A stretch of 52,957 nt of DNA, filler included, from a bacterium (GTDB taxonomy: Bacteria; CLD3; SB21): assembly GCA_013360215.1 (NCBI GenBank). It is 4 parts of 4 records of this genome, joined end to end, with 100 filler letters (N's around TTAATTAATTAA, not from the genome) between each part and the next. Parts side by side here need not be neighbours in the genome. Positions count along the whole stretch, not along the records: positions 33,058 to 52,957 come from JABWCP010000002.1; 3 more parts are not named here. One strand, written 5' to 3'. A program made the translations under genes and the position numbers. This document shows, piece by piece, positions 39,562-48,515 of this stretch. Each line of letters opens with the position of its first letter. Position 1 is the stretch's first letter. The notes below the pieces were generated by a model that worked only from the letters and a program-made list of their open reading frames with translations, was not told the DNA's origin and did not search any database.

Positions 39562-40694
39562 GCGTTGGTACTCCCGTTAAATCGCGAGGGTGAAAAGGGT
39601 GCCAACATCGGCGAAGGTTTGCCTGTGATGATCATATCGGCTATAAGTTTGGCCGTTATCGGCATAAGAAGAATGCCATTGCGAAAATGCCCTGTTGCTA
39701 CGACGAGGTTGGTCAAGCGTGTTTCACCAAGCAACGGAAGGCGATCCGCACTACAGGGACGCAAACCGGCCCACCGCTCTACCGATTCGAAAGTTTTGGA
39801 CTGCGGGATCAATGCTCTTAGTTTTTCGATAAATCCGACAATCACCGAGGGCGTCACGGCTTTATCAAAGCCGGCATCTTCGACCGTTGAGCCGATAAGC
39901 AGCCGACCGCTATTGCGCGGTACGTAATAAAAATCTTCAAGGTATGCCGGGTATCGAATAAAATCAGGTTTCGGCATTTGCATCGCGACGATCTGCCCCC
40001 GTATCGGTTTGATCTCCGGTATCGTTTGTGTCAATCCGGGAATCTGTGATGACCATGCACCGGCGGCCAATACATATCGTGCCGCAGATACCGTCCCGGT
40101 TTTGGTTTGAAGATGATCAATCGCTTCATTATTGAGTATGATGGATTCGACCGCAGAATACTCCAAGATATCCACGCCGAGATTTTTGCAGCATTCGGCC
40201 AGCGCGGCGCTCAATTTGCGGTTTTCCACCTGATGGTTATCCGGCAAATGAATCGCCGCCATGCCTTCGCGCAATGCAGGCTCCGCTTCGCCGGTTTGTT
40301 CGACGCTCCAAAAATGCGCATGCATCCCGAGCCCGACATACCACGACAACCATGGCTTCGGATCCATTTCAGGTGAGATAAGTTTGAGAATGCCTTCTTT
40401 GCGGTATTCGCAATCCATACGGCTGTGGTATTCGATACGCCGAATGGTCTCTTCATACATGTTTTGACTTTCCCTGCACAATCGAAAAAAAGCTTTTTCG
40501 CGATCCGACAAATTTTGACGCGGCATGATCAACTGCGGTTCGAGCATGCCTGCGGATGCGTGGGAAGCCTCATATCCCGTTTGTGTTTTTTCTAAAATGG
40601 CTACTTTTATTTTGCTGTGACGAAATTTGATTTCATACGCGATCGAAAGCCCGATCACACCCCCGCCGATCACAACGACATCATATATTTTCAA
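39558..40694 (-). CDS. thiO: Glycine oxidase ThiO-like FAD-dependent D-amino-acid oxidase
   Basis: GGGVIGLSIA, ASHASAGML, AAGAWS, PIRGQ, WAGLRP and ATGHFRNGILL.P motifs; no thiS/thiG adjacent. Confidence 0.75.
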   Translation of the reverse strand: MKIYDVVVIGGGVIGLSIAYEIKFRHSKIKVAILEKTQTGYEASHASAGMLEPQLIMPRQNLSDREKAFFRLCRESQNMYEETIRRIEYHSRMDCEYRKEGILKLISPEMDPKPWLSWYVGLGMHAHFWSVEQTGEAEPALREGMAAIHLPDNHQVENRKLSAALAECCKNLGVDILEYSAVESIILNNEAIDHLQTKTGTVSAARYVLAAGAWSSQIPGLTQTIPEIKPIRGQIVAMQMPKPDFIRYPAYLEDFYYVPRNSGRLLIGSTVEDAGFDKAVTPSVIVGFIEKLRALIPQSKTFESVERWAGLRPCSADRLPLLGETRLTNLVVATGHFRNGILLMPITAKLIADMIITGKPSPMLAPFSPSRFNGSTNA

Positions 40695-40807
40695 AACTAA
40701 CTCCTGGTTGATGCTGACAATTCAATATAGAAGCGTTGTCTTAAAAAATCAAGCTTGGGCACGTACTGAAACGCTTAATTTTCAATGGTTTTAGGCGTTT
40801 TTTATGC

Positions 40808-40836
40808 TTGATATTGGCTTAGCCAAGAAATATATT
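40808..40836 (+). promoter_or_regulatory. Putative sigma70 promoter of the kinase operon, with a palindrome in the spacer
   Basis: TTGATA-17 nt-TATATT; spacer contains TTGGCT-T-AGCCAA (40814-40826). Confidence 0.55.
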
Positions 40837-40907
40837 GCCGCGTTGTAATCCGCAATTCTTTTATCTATTTATTGTAATTTTAAATATACAATTCCGGGAG
40901 TTTTTTA

Positions 40908-43118
40908 GTGGAACCGAAAAAGCTTGGCCGTTATGAAATCGTACAAGTCCTGGGTCAGGGCGCGATGGGCATTGTGTACAAAGGCGTTGATCCGATGATC
41001 GGACGCACAGTCGCTCTCAAAACACTTAAGTCCGGGAGCGAAATTCCAGAACAGCAGCTTACAGAATTTAAGCGCCGTTTTGCGCAAGAAGCACAGTCCG
41101 CGGGCCGTCTCAATCACCGCAATATTGTGACCGTATATGACGTCGGCGAAGAAGAAGGTTTGGCCTACATCGCGATGGAATTTATTAAAGGCCGTCCTTT
41201 GGATGACCTGATCGCCGAAAAGCATCCCTTTACCATAGAGCAAATCGTTGACATCATGATACAGATTTGCGAAGGGCTCGGATACGCGCATAAAAACGGC
41301 GTTATCCACCGCGACATCAAACCGGCGAATATAGTTCTCACCGACGATCAGATCGCCAAAGTAACCGATTTCGGCATCGCCAAACTCACTTCCACCAGTG
41401 CGACACAAACCGGCATGGTCGTCGGTACACCGAGCTACATGTCGCCTGAACAAATCACCGGGCGCGGCGTGGATAATCGTTCCGATATTTTCAGCATCGG
41501 CGCGGTGTTTTATGAATTACTCACTTATGAAAAAGCCTTTCCCGGCGATAATATTACCACGGTCATGTATCGTGTCGTGCACGAAAATCCTGCGCCGCTA
41601 TCCATCAGCAATGCGATGGTGCCGCCGCAATTTCAGGCGATCATCGAACGGGCGATGGCTAAAAATCCGGCGGATCGTTATCCTGACGCCGAAACCATGG
41701 CCAACGATATACGCAACTACAAAACAGCTACGGCCAACATGGGCGCGACGCAAGTGATCAATCCTGCTAACTATGCCGGCGCAACCGTTGTTATGTCCGC
41801 TCCGGATTTTTCTGCGATGTCACCTACCGGCACAGGATCCATGCCGTCCCCTGCTGCGGCGCAGACGCAGTCCATACCTGCCGCATCACCGGCTCCAAAA
41901 AAATCACCGGTAGCACTTATCGCCGGCGGTGCAGTCGCTGCGATCTTGATTGTGCTATACATGATGTTTGGCGGCTCCGGTGATAAATCATCGGCTTCTT
42001 CAGCTAAATCTTCCGGGACAGGGAATGCATCGCTTACGCTAACACTCAACGCGGCGGAAGGCACGGCCATGCTGGACTCCGTGCATGTGCCGATCAAAGA
42101 TGCCAAAATTTCCGCAGAAAAAATCACCGCCGGTGAGCATGAACTAGTTATTCAATCCGACGGTTACGAAACGTATCGTTCTAAACTTCTTTTTGCCGAC
42201 GGAGAAACCAAGCAGTTTGCCGTAGAACTCAAACTCGCACCGGTAAAATTTCCGGCCGGTGTAGATACGGCATATATCACCGTTTCTTCGAAGGACATGA
42301 TCAAAGTGATGACCAATACGGGAACGATGTTAGGCTATTCGCCGATTCAACGTTTGCCGTTTCCGTCCGGAAAACACACGCTCGTTTTTTCCAAGCCATT
42401 TTATACCAATCAGGTTTCAGAAATTGATGCCCGCAAAGGCAAAGAAATTAAACTGACACCCAAACTGCAAGCCAAACGCGTCAAAGCCAATCTTGCCGGG
42501 GTAGAGCCTAAAAAAATTCAGGTGTATCTGAATTCCGTAGCCTCTGAAAGCCAGTTGAAGCCGGAGAAAGACGGTGTGACGTATTCCCTACCACTGGGTG
42601 CTAATAAACTAATCGTTACTGCCGACGGCTACAAAAGTTACGAACAGGAACTTAATCTCGGCGACGATGCAATACCCTTTGAGGTCAAAGCCACGCTGGT
42701 ACAAGGTTTCGGATCGCTCGCGATCACTTCCAAACCGGACGGCGCGGATGTATATGTTGACGGAAAAAAAGAAGGGGTTACCCCATTCAAAATGGATAAA
42801 ATTCCTGCCGGACCGCGTGATATCAAAGTTCAAAAAGGCTCACTGCTCAGTATCAAAAAAATGAATATCGAAGCCGATAAAGAAAATGCGGCCGAATTTA
42901 CACTCGCCGCATCCACGGGCATTTTGAAAATCTTAATCAATCCCTGGGGCAATATATCGGTGGACGGTAAACCGATGGGCGCTTCCCCGCCGCTCGAACG
43001 TCTTGAATTGAGTCCGGGTAATCATACGATCAAAATCGAAAACCCGGCGTACAAAGCCGTCACTAAACAAGTAAAAATCACCGTAGGCCAAACCACTACG
43101 TTACAATATGATTTCTAA
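40908..43118 (+). CDS. Hanks-type Ser/Thr protein kinase, single TM, with extracytoplasmic PEGA-like repeats
   Basis: LGQGAMG, VALK, HRDIKPAN, DFG and GTPSYMSPEQ motifs; Pro/Ala linker; TM; about 5 PEGA-like units (e.g. GSLAITSKPDGADVYVDG...G.TP; INPWGNISVDG...G.SPPL). Confidence 0.95.
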   Translation: MEPKKLGRYEIVQVLGQGAMGIVYKGVDPMIGRTVALKTLKSGSEIPEQQLTEFKRRFAQEAQSAGRLNHRNIVTVYDVGEEEGLAYIAMEFIKGRPLDDLIAEKHPFTIEQIVDIMIQICEGLGYAHKNGVIHRDIKPANIVLTDDQIAKVTDFGIAKLTSTSATQTGMVVGTPSYMSPEQITGRGVDNRSDIFSIGAVFYELLTYEKAFPGDNITTVMYRVVHENPAPLSISNAMVPPQFQAIIERAMAKNPADRYPDAETMANDIRNYKTATANMGATQVINPANYAGATVVMSAPDFSAMSPTGTGSMPSPAAAQTQSIPAASPAPKKSPVALIAGGAVAAILIVLYMMFGGSGDKSSASSAKSSGTGNASLTLTLNAAEGTAMLDSVHVPIKDAKISAEKITAGEHELVIQSDGYETYRSKLLFADGETKQFAVELKLAPVKFPAGVDTAYITVSSKDMIKVMTNTGTMLGYSPIQRLPFPSGKHTLVFSKPFYTNQVSEIDARKGKEIKLTPKLQAKRVKANLAGVEPKKIQVYLNSVASESQLKPEKDGVTYSLPLGANKLIVTADGYKSYEQELNLGDDAIPFEVKATLVQGFGSLAITSKPDGADVYVDGKKEGVTPFKMDKIPAGPRDIKVQKGSLLSIKKMNIEADKENAAEFTLAASTGILKILINPWGNISVDGKPMGASPPLERLELSPGNHTIKIENPAYKAVTKQVKITVGQTTTLQYDF

Positions 43119-43119
43119 T

Positions 43120-43839
43120 ATGAAAAAACATTCTAGCCTCATCACACTCCTTTTCGCCGGAATAATATTTTTTTCCGGTTGCGGCGGAGCAAAAAGCACG
43201 ACGAAAGAAAAACCCGAAACACCGGTCGTTCCCAAAAAACCCAGCGGTAAGCCACAGTTGGAAAAAGGAATGGAACTATACAAAGCCCGGGATTACGAAG
43301 GCGCTAAAAAAAATCTGCGTAGCGCTACCGATCTTGATTTATCCAAAAGCGAGCGTACCCAGGCGTATAAACATCTCGGTTTCATATTTGCGATGCAAAA
43401 AAATCAAACGGAAGCCACTAAAGCGTTCTTCGACGCATTTACGAGCGATGACGGATTTGAACTGGAATCCGCTGAAATGGGTAATCCGGCCTGGACACCT
43501 GCTTACGAAGCGGCCCAAAAACAATTTACGTTAGCGAGCGCCTCGGGCAGCGATCTGCTGAGTAAAGGCAAAGATGCTTATTCTAAACGTAACTACGATG
43601 AAGCGTTATCGTATCTGGAAACAGCGGTTAAAAAAACCGATCTCGAAGGCAACAAACGAGCGGACGCTTACAAACTATTGGCTTTTGCCTATGCTCTGCG
43701 TAAGCGCCCTGTGGATGCTAAAAATGCATTTCGCAAAGCCTTTGAAGTCAATAAAAATTTCGAACTGGATAAATCCGAATACGGAAACCCGGTTTGGACG
43801 CCGCTTTATGATGAAGTAAAAAACACAATTAAAAAATAA
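43120..43839 (+). CDS. Lipoprotein with two tandem TPR/TssQ-like domains
   Basis: Lipobox FSG-C; two ~90-aa repeats, each ending FEL...E.GNP.WTP.Y. Confidence 0.8.
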   Translation: MKKHSSLITLLFAGIIFFSGCGGAKSTTKEKPETPVVPKKPSGKPQLEKGMELYKARDYEGAKKNLRSATDLDLSKSERTQAYKHLGFIFAMQKNQTEATKAFFDAFTSDDGFELESAEMGNPAWTPAYEAAQKQFTLASASGSDLLSKGKDAYSKRNYDEALSYLETAVKKTDLEGNKRADAYKLLAFAYALRKRPVDAKNAFRKAFEVNKNFELDKSEYGNPVWTPLYDEVKNTIKK

Positions 43840-43845
43840 TACAGA

Positions 43846-45552
43846 TTGGACGTACGGGTGGCTTCTCTCGTTCTCATCGAAAATAATACAACCGCAACAC
43901 GCTTTCGTATCGAAAAAGACGATGCGATCATAGGACGGAGACCGGAAAACGATATCATGATCGCCAACGTGATGATTTCCGGCAAACATGCGCGTGTTGA
44001 AAAAAAGAACGGCTTGTATCAAATCACCGATCTCGGTTCCACGAACGGCACATTTGTCAACGGAACACGGGTTACCGGTTCCGCTGAAATCAAAAATCAG
44101 GACCATATCAATTTCGGCGCCGTCGAGCTCATCTTTATGACGGATGAAAATGCGATGGTCAATATTGACCGAGCACGTTTTTACTCCCGGGATAAAGCTG
44201 TCGCACCGCCGCAAAAACCGCACGACACGGGCTATGCCGCCAATCCCAATGCGGACAAAATCGTGCAACTTTTCCAGCAGCTCAAAAATACCGTGCTTAG
44301 CGGTTCGGCGGATCGTACGGCGATCATGACTCAGTTTATGGAGGTCGAACACCAACTGCAGATCATGAATATGCAGTTCAAAGAATCCGAAAAATCGCAG
44401 CAAAAACTCAATGTGCTCTACGAGATCGGGAAAGTCATCAACCACATTCTCGTTGAAGAAGAATTGCTGAAAACGATCATTGATTTAGCCCTCAAAGTGA
44501 TGAACGGCGACTGCGGATTTATCATGTTGTACGATGATAAAAACAATCTTGTCCCACGCGTTTCGCGCAAAATGCAGGCCGACGAAATTTCCCAATCCGG
44601 TTCGACGTTCAGTTCGACGATCGCCAAACAAGTGGTCGAAAGCAATCAATCCATTCTTACTTCCGATGCCAAAAGCGATTCACGCTTTCAAAGCGGCGCC
44701 AGTATTATATCCAACAACATTCGCTCCGTTATCTGTTCACCGATGCGCAATAAAGATCAGGCTGTCATCGGCGTGATCTACGTCGGCTCCAACGTCATGA
44801 CCAACGTATTTTCAAAAAGCGACGTGGAATTGCTTGAGGCTTTCGCCAATCACGCGGCCATCTCCATCGAAAACGCCAAAATGCATGAAGAACGCCGTCG
44901 CAAAGAGCACCTCAAAAGCGCGTTGGAGCGTTATGTATCCAAACAAATCGCCGAACGTATCATGAGTAATGACGGCAGCTCCATTCGCTTTATGCCCGAA
45001 CGCCGCGAAGTCACGCTCATTTTTTCCGACGTACGGGGTTTCACTACCCTCTCTGAAAAACTATCCGCCGAAGAAATGGTTGAAATACTTAATCGGTATT
45101 TTTCGCGTATGATTGATGTGATTTTCAAATACGGCGGCACGTTGGATAAATTTATCGGCGACTCCATTATGGCGCTTTTCGGAGCACCGGCCACTTCCGG
45201 CGATGATGCGTGGAATGCCGTGCAGGCTGCGATAGAGATGCAACGCGGGTTGGAGGCATTTAACGACGAACAGCGTCAATTGGGCAAACCCGAAATTCAA
45301 GTTGGCATCGGAATCAACACCGGCCACGTCGTCGTCGGCAATATCGGATCCGATCAGCGCATGGAATACACGGCTATCGGCGATAATGTCAATCTGGCAT
45401 CACGTCTTCAAGGCAAAGCGGCCGGAGGAAAAATAATCATCAGCAAAGCTACTTATGATTTTGTCAAAGATAAGGTGCAAGCCACTCTTCTCGGAACAAC
45501 CGAAGTCAAAGGCAAAACCATACCCGTCGAAATTTACGAAGTGGTCTATTGA
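43846..45552 (+). CDS. FHA-GAF-class III adenylate cyclase
   Basis: FHA (IGRR.END....ISGKHA....DLGSTNGT.VN), coiled coil, GAF (DSRF...SI....IRSVICSP...IGVIYV), cyclase (FSDVRGFT, DKFIGD, GIGINTG, YTAIGDNVNLASRL); TTG start. Confidence 0.93.
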   Translation: MDVRVASLVLIENNTTATRFRIEKDDAIIGRRPENDIMIANVMISGKHARVEKKNGLYQITDLGSTNGTFVNGTRVTGSAEIKNQDHINFGAVELIFMTDENAMVNIDRARFYSRDKAVAPPQKPHDTGYAANPNADKIVQLFQQLKNTVLSGSADRTAIMTQFMEVEHQLQIMNMQFKESEKSQQKLNVLYEIGKVINHILVEEELLKTIIDLALKVMNGDCGFIMLYDDKNNLVPRVSRKMQADEISQSGSTFSSTIAKQVVESNQSILTSDAKSDSRFQSGASIISNNIRSVICSPMRNKDQAVIGVIYVGSNVMTNVFSKSDVELLEAFANHAAISIENAKMHEERRRKEHLKSALERYVSKQIAERIMSNDGSSIRFMPERREVTLIFSDVRGFTTLSEKLSAEEMVEILNRYFSRMIDVIFKYGGTLDKFIGDSIMALFGAPATSGDDAWNAVQAAIEMQRGLEAFNDEQRQLGKPEIQVGIGINTGHVVVGNIGSDQRMEYTAIGDNVNLASRLQGKAAGGKIIISKATYDFVKDKVQATLLGTTEVKGKTIPVEIYEVVY

Positions 45553-45605
45553 TCGCTTCGTGAAATGTACGTACACATCGGACATCTATTGGAAAGAAAT
45601 TATAT

Positions 45606-46823
45606 ATGGATCTTAATACGCTGATCTACGATTGGAATCAAGAAGTCAACGGCGAAGAAAAACCAGCGCATACTTTCGAACTCAATGATGAAACTTTGCG
45701 TGACGGTTTACAATCCCCCTCCGTAAAAACGCCTACACTTGAGCAAAAAATTGAAATCCTGCACCTCATGGAGGGGCTTGGTATTCATGCCGCCGACATC
45801 GGTTTGCCCGGCGCCGGTCCTCACGTACTCCAACACGTGGTTGCTTTGGCCGCCGAAATCGCAAAAAATAAATTTAAGATTCAGCCTAATTGTGCAGCAC
45901 GTACACTCAAAGTTGATATTGATCCGATCATCGAGGCGTCTCAGCGCACCGGAATCCCCATTCAGGCATGTACGTTTATCGGCTCAAGCCCCATTCGCCA
46001 GTACGCCGAAGGTTGGGGCATGGATCAACTTTTGAAATTCACAGAAGAGGCCGTTTCATACGCTGTGAAAAACAATCTCGATGTGATGTATGTTACGGAA
46101 GACACGACCCGCGCGCATCCCAACGATGTTAAACGCCTGTATCTTGCCGCGATACGAAGCGGTGCACGGCGCGTTTGCATCTCCGATACCGTCGGCAATG
46201 CGACCCCTGAAGGTGTACAGCGCCTTGTACGTTTTATGGTGGAAGTAATCAAAGAAAGCGGTGAAGATGTAAAAATAGATTGGCATGGTCACAATGACCG
46301 CGGGCTTGCCGTCGCCAACGCAATCATCGCATTACAAGCCGGAGCCCATCGCGTCCACGGAACGGGCATCGGTGTCGGCGAACGCGTCGGCAATGTGCAA
46401 ATGGATCAGCTCATGGTCAATCTCAAGTTGAAAAACTGGATAACCAACGATCTTACTACTCTGCCGCAATATTGCCGTAAAATTTCGGAATACACGGGCA
46501 TACCGATTCCCATCAATTATCCCGTTTTTGGTCACGACGCATTTCGTACCGGTACGGGAGTTCATGCCGCGGCCATCCTGAAATCCTTGAATAAAGGTGA
46601 CATGGAATTGGTGGATCGCGTTTACTCCAGCGTACCGGCGGCTATGTTTGGTCTCGAACAAGTCGTAGAAATCGGCCCGTTGAGCGGTGAGTCCAATGTG
46701 GTTTTTTGGCTCAAACGTCGCAAGATCGAACCGCGCGAAGAATTGGTAAAAAAAATATTCGCTGCGGCAAAACAATCGCAAACCGTTTTGAGTGACGAAC
46801 AGATTTTTTCGCTTTGCCGATAA
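45606..46823 (+). CDS. 2-isopropylmalate/homocitrate-synthase-like DRE-TIM enzyme lacking C-terminal regulatory domain
   Basis: DETLRDGLQ, EDTTR, DTVG, HGHND.GLA.AN and GVGERVGN motifs; 405 aa. Confidence 0.85.
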   Translation: MDLNTLIYDWNQEVNGEEKPAHTFELNDETLRDGLQSPSVKTPTLEQKIEILHLMEGLGIHAADIGLPGAGPHVLQHVVALAAEIAKNKFKIQPNCAARTLKVDIDPIIEASQRTGIPIQACTFIGSSPIRQYAEGWGMDQLLKFTEEAVSYAVKNNLDVMYVTEDTTRAHPNDVKRLYLAAIRSGARRVCISDTVGNATPEGVQRLVRFMVEVIKESGEDVKIDWHGHNDRGLAVANAIIALQAGAHRVHGTGIGVGERVGNVQMDQLMVNLKLKNWITNDLTTLPQYCRKISEYTGIPIPINYPVFGHDAFRTGTGVHAAAILKSLNKGDMELVDRVYSSVPAAMFGLEQVVEIGPLSGESNVVFWLKRRKIEPREELVKKIFAAAKQSQTVLSDEQIFSLCR

Positions 46824-46832
46824 AGGTTGGGG

Positions 46833-48515
46833 ATGATTTTGTCTCGCGTAAGTCTTTTTATTCTTTTGATAAGCAACACGCTTTGGGGTCAAACGACCGA
46901 AAAGACGTATTGGATCTTTTTTAAAGATAAACCAGACTACCTGCACGCCACGGTTATACCGGATATTTCGCCACGGGCTTTGGAACGGCGGCTAAAACAA
47001 AATCCGCATACGTCCGCGCTGATTGACGAATCCGATTACCCTGTTTCTTCGGATTACCTTGCGGCTTTATCCTCTCATCTTGTATTAATTCATAACACAT
47101 CACGTTGGCTCAATGCGGCTTGTGTGCAAATCAATGAAAGAAACATCCCCCTTATTCAATCGCTTCCGTTTATCCGTGAAATTCGTCCGGCTAAAGCCCG
47201 ATCGGTGATAGCGTCAACTACTTCACATGCATCTTTTTTTTCGCCTATCACTGCCTCGTTTAGTCGCTTTTCGTATGGCGCGTCATTACGGCAAAATTCA
47301 TTTGTCAATGCCGTGACCGCTCATGACTCCGGTTATTCAGGGAAAGGAATTCGCATCGGCATGATTGATACGGGTTTTAATCTTACCCACACGGCTTTTT
47401 CAGGAATTCACGTCGTAGCAGATTCCGATTTTGTGGATCACGACGGTAACGTGAGCGAAATCGGTTCCAAATTTACCAGCAGCCATGGAACATTTGTACT
47501 TTCTGCAATTGCAAGTTTTCACGAAAGTTTTTTGATCGGTACGGCTTTCGGTGCGGATTATATTTTAGCTCGTACCGAAAATAACAGTGATGCGATCTAT
47601 GAATTGGCGGATGAATCACGCTGGATTGCGGCTTTGGAATGGATGGAACAAATCGGTGCAGATTTAGTGTCCAGCTCTACCAGTTTTTTTGATGAATTCC
47701 CCGGCACCTCACATGACTATAACATTCGCGATTTGGACGGGAAAACCGGATTAACTACACTTGCCACCGATATTGCATTCCAAAAAGGACTGCTCGTATT
47801 TAATAGTTCCGGGAATAATGGCGCTGAAGATCAAGATCAATATCGTATCAGTACACCTTCTGACGGAAAACATATGATCGCTGTCGGCGCAACGATCGGT
47901 GACAGTACGGTGGCTAGCTTTAGTTCGCGAGGGCCTACGGCTGATGGCCGAAAAAAACCAGATGTTGCAGCGTTAGGCTACGAGATACGCGTAGTTTCCA
48001 GCGGAACAACGGGTTACCAAAATTTTTCGGGCACTTCGCTATCAACCCCTATTGTTGCCGGAATTGCCGCCTTAGCTTTGGAAGCAAACCCGGCCTGGTC
48101 CGGTTCGGAATTATATGATGCCGTCCGAAAAACGGCCAGTTTATCAAAAAAACCTAACCATACTATCGGCTATGGTGTGCCTGATGCGATGAAGATAATT
48201 CGTTATAACCCCGCTTCGTCCGATGATTTTAATCCGATACGCGATGTCGTCAATTATCCCAATCCGGCCAACCCATCCACTACTATACGTTTTCGATCCG
48301 TTATAAGCGGACGTTATTCTGTACATATCTATAATACGCTTGGCGGATTGGTGCGCACGATACGAGACAATGCGTCTATCGCGGCGGGCGAAACGGTAGC
48401 GGCGTTATGGGACTTAAAAAATGATCACGGACGGAGGGTCAGTTCGGGAGTATATATTTACCGCATTGCAATGGATGACAAATCAGAAACACGAAAAATT
48501 CTTATTATAAAATAG
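46833..48515 (+). CDS. Secreted S8 subtilisin-like serine peptidase with FlgD-Ig/T9SS-type C-terminal domain
   Basis: Catalytic IDTG, HGT and GTSLSTP motifs; FSSRGPTADGRKKPD; C-terminal NYPNPANPSTTIRF...VSSGVYIYRI...KILIIK. Confidence 0.93.
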   Translation: MILSRVSLFILLISNTLWGQTTEKTYWIFFKDKPDYLHATVIPDISPRALERRLKQNPHTSALIDESDYPVSSDYLAALSSHLVLIHNTSRWLNAACVQINERNIPLIQSLPFIREIRPAKARSVIASTTSHASFFSPITASFSRFSYGASLRQNSFVNAVTAHDSGYSGKGIRIGMIDTGFNLTHTAFSGIHVVADSDFVDHDGNVSEIGSKFTSSHGTFVLSAIASFHESFLIGTAFGADYILARTENNSDAIYELADESRWIAALEWMEQIGADLVSSSTSFFDEFPGTSHDYNIRDLDGKTGLTTLATDIAFQKGLLVFNSSGNNGAEDQDQYRISTPSDGKHMIAVGATIGDSTVASFSSRGPTADGRKKPDVAALGYEIRVVSSGTTGYQNFSGTSLSTPIVAGIAALALEANPAWSGSELYDAVRKTASLSKKPNHTIGYGVPDAMKIIRYNPASSDDFNPIRDVVNYPNPANPSTTIRFRSVISGRYSVHIYNTLGGLVRTIRDNASIAAGETVAALWDLKNDHGRRVSSGVYIYRIAMDDKSETRKILIIK

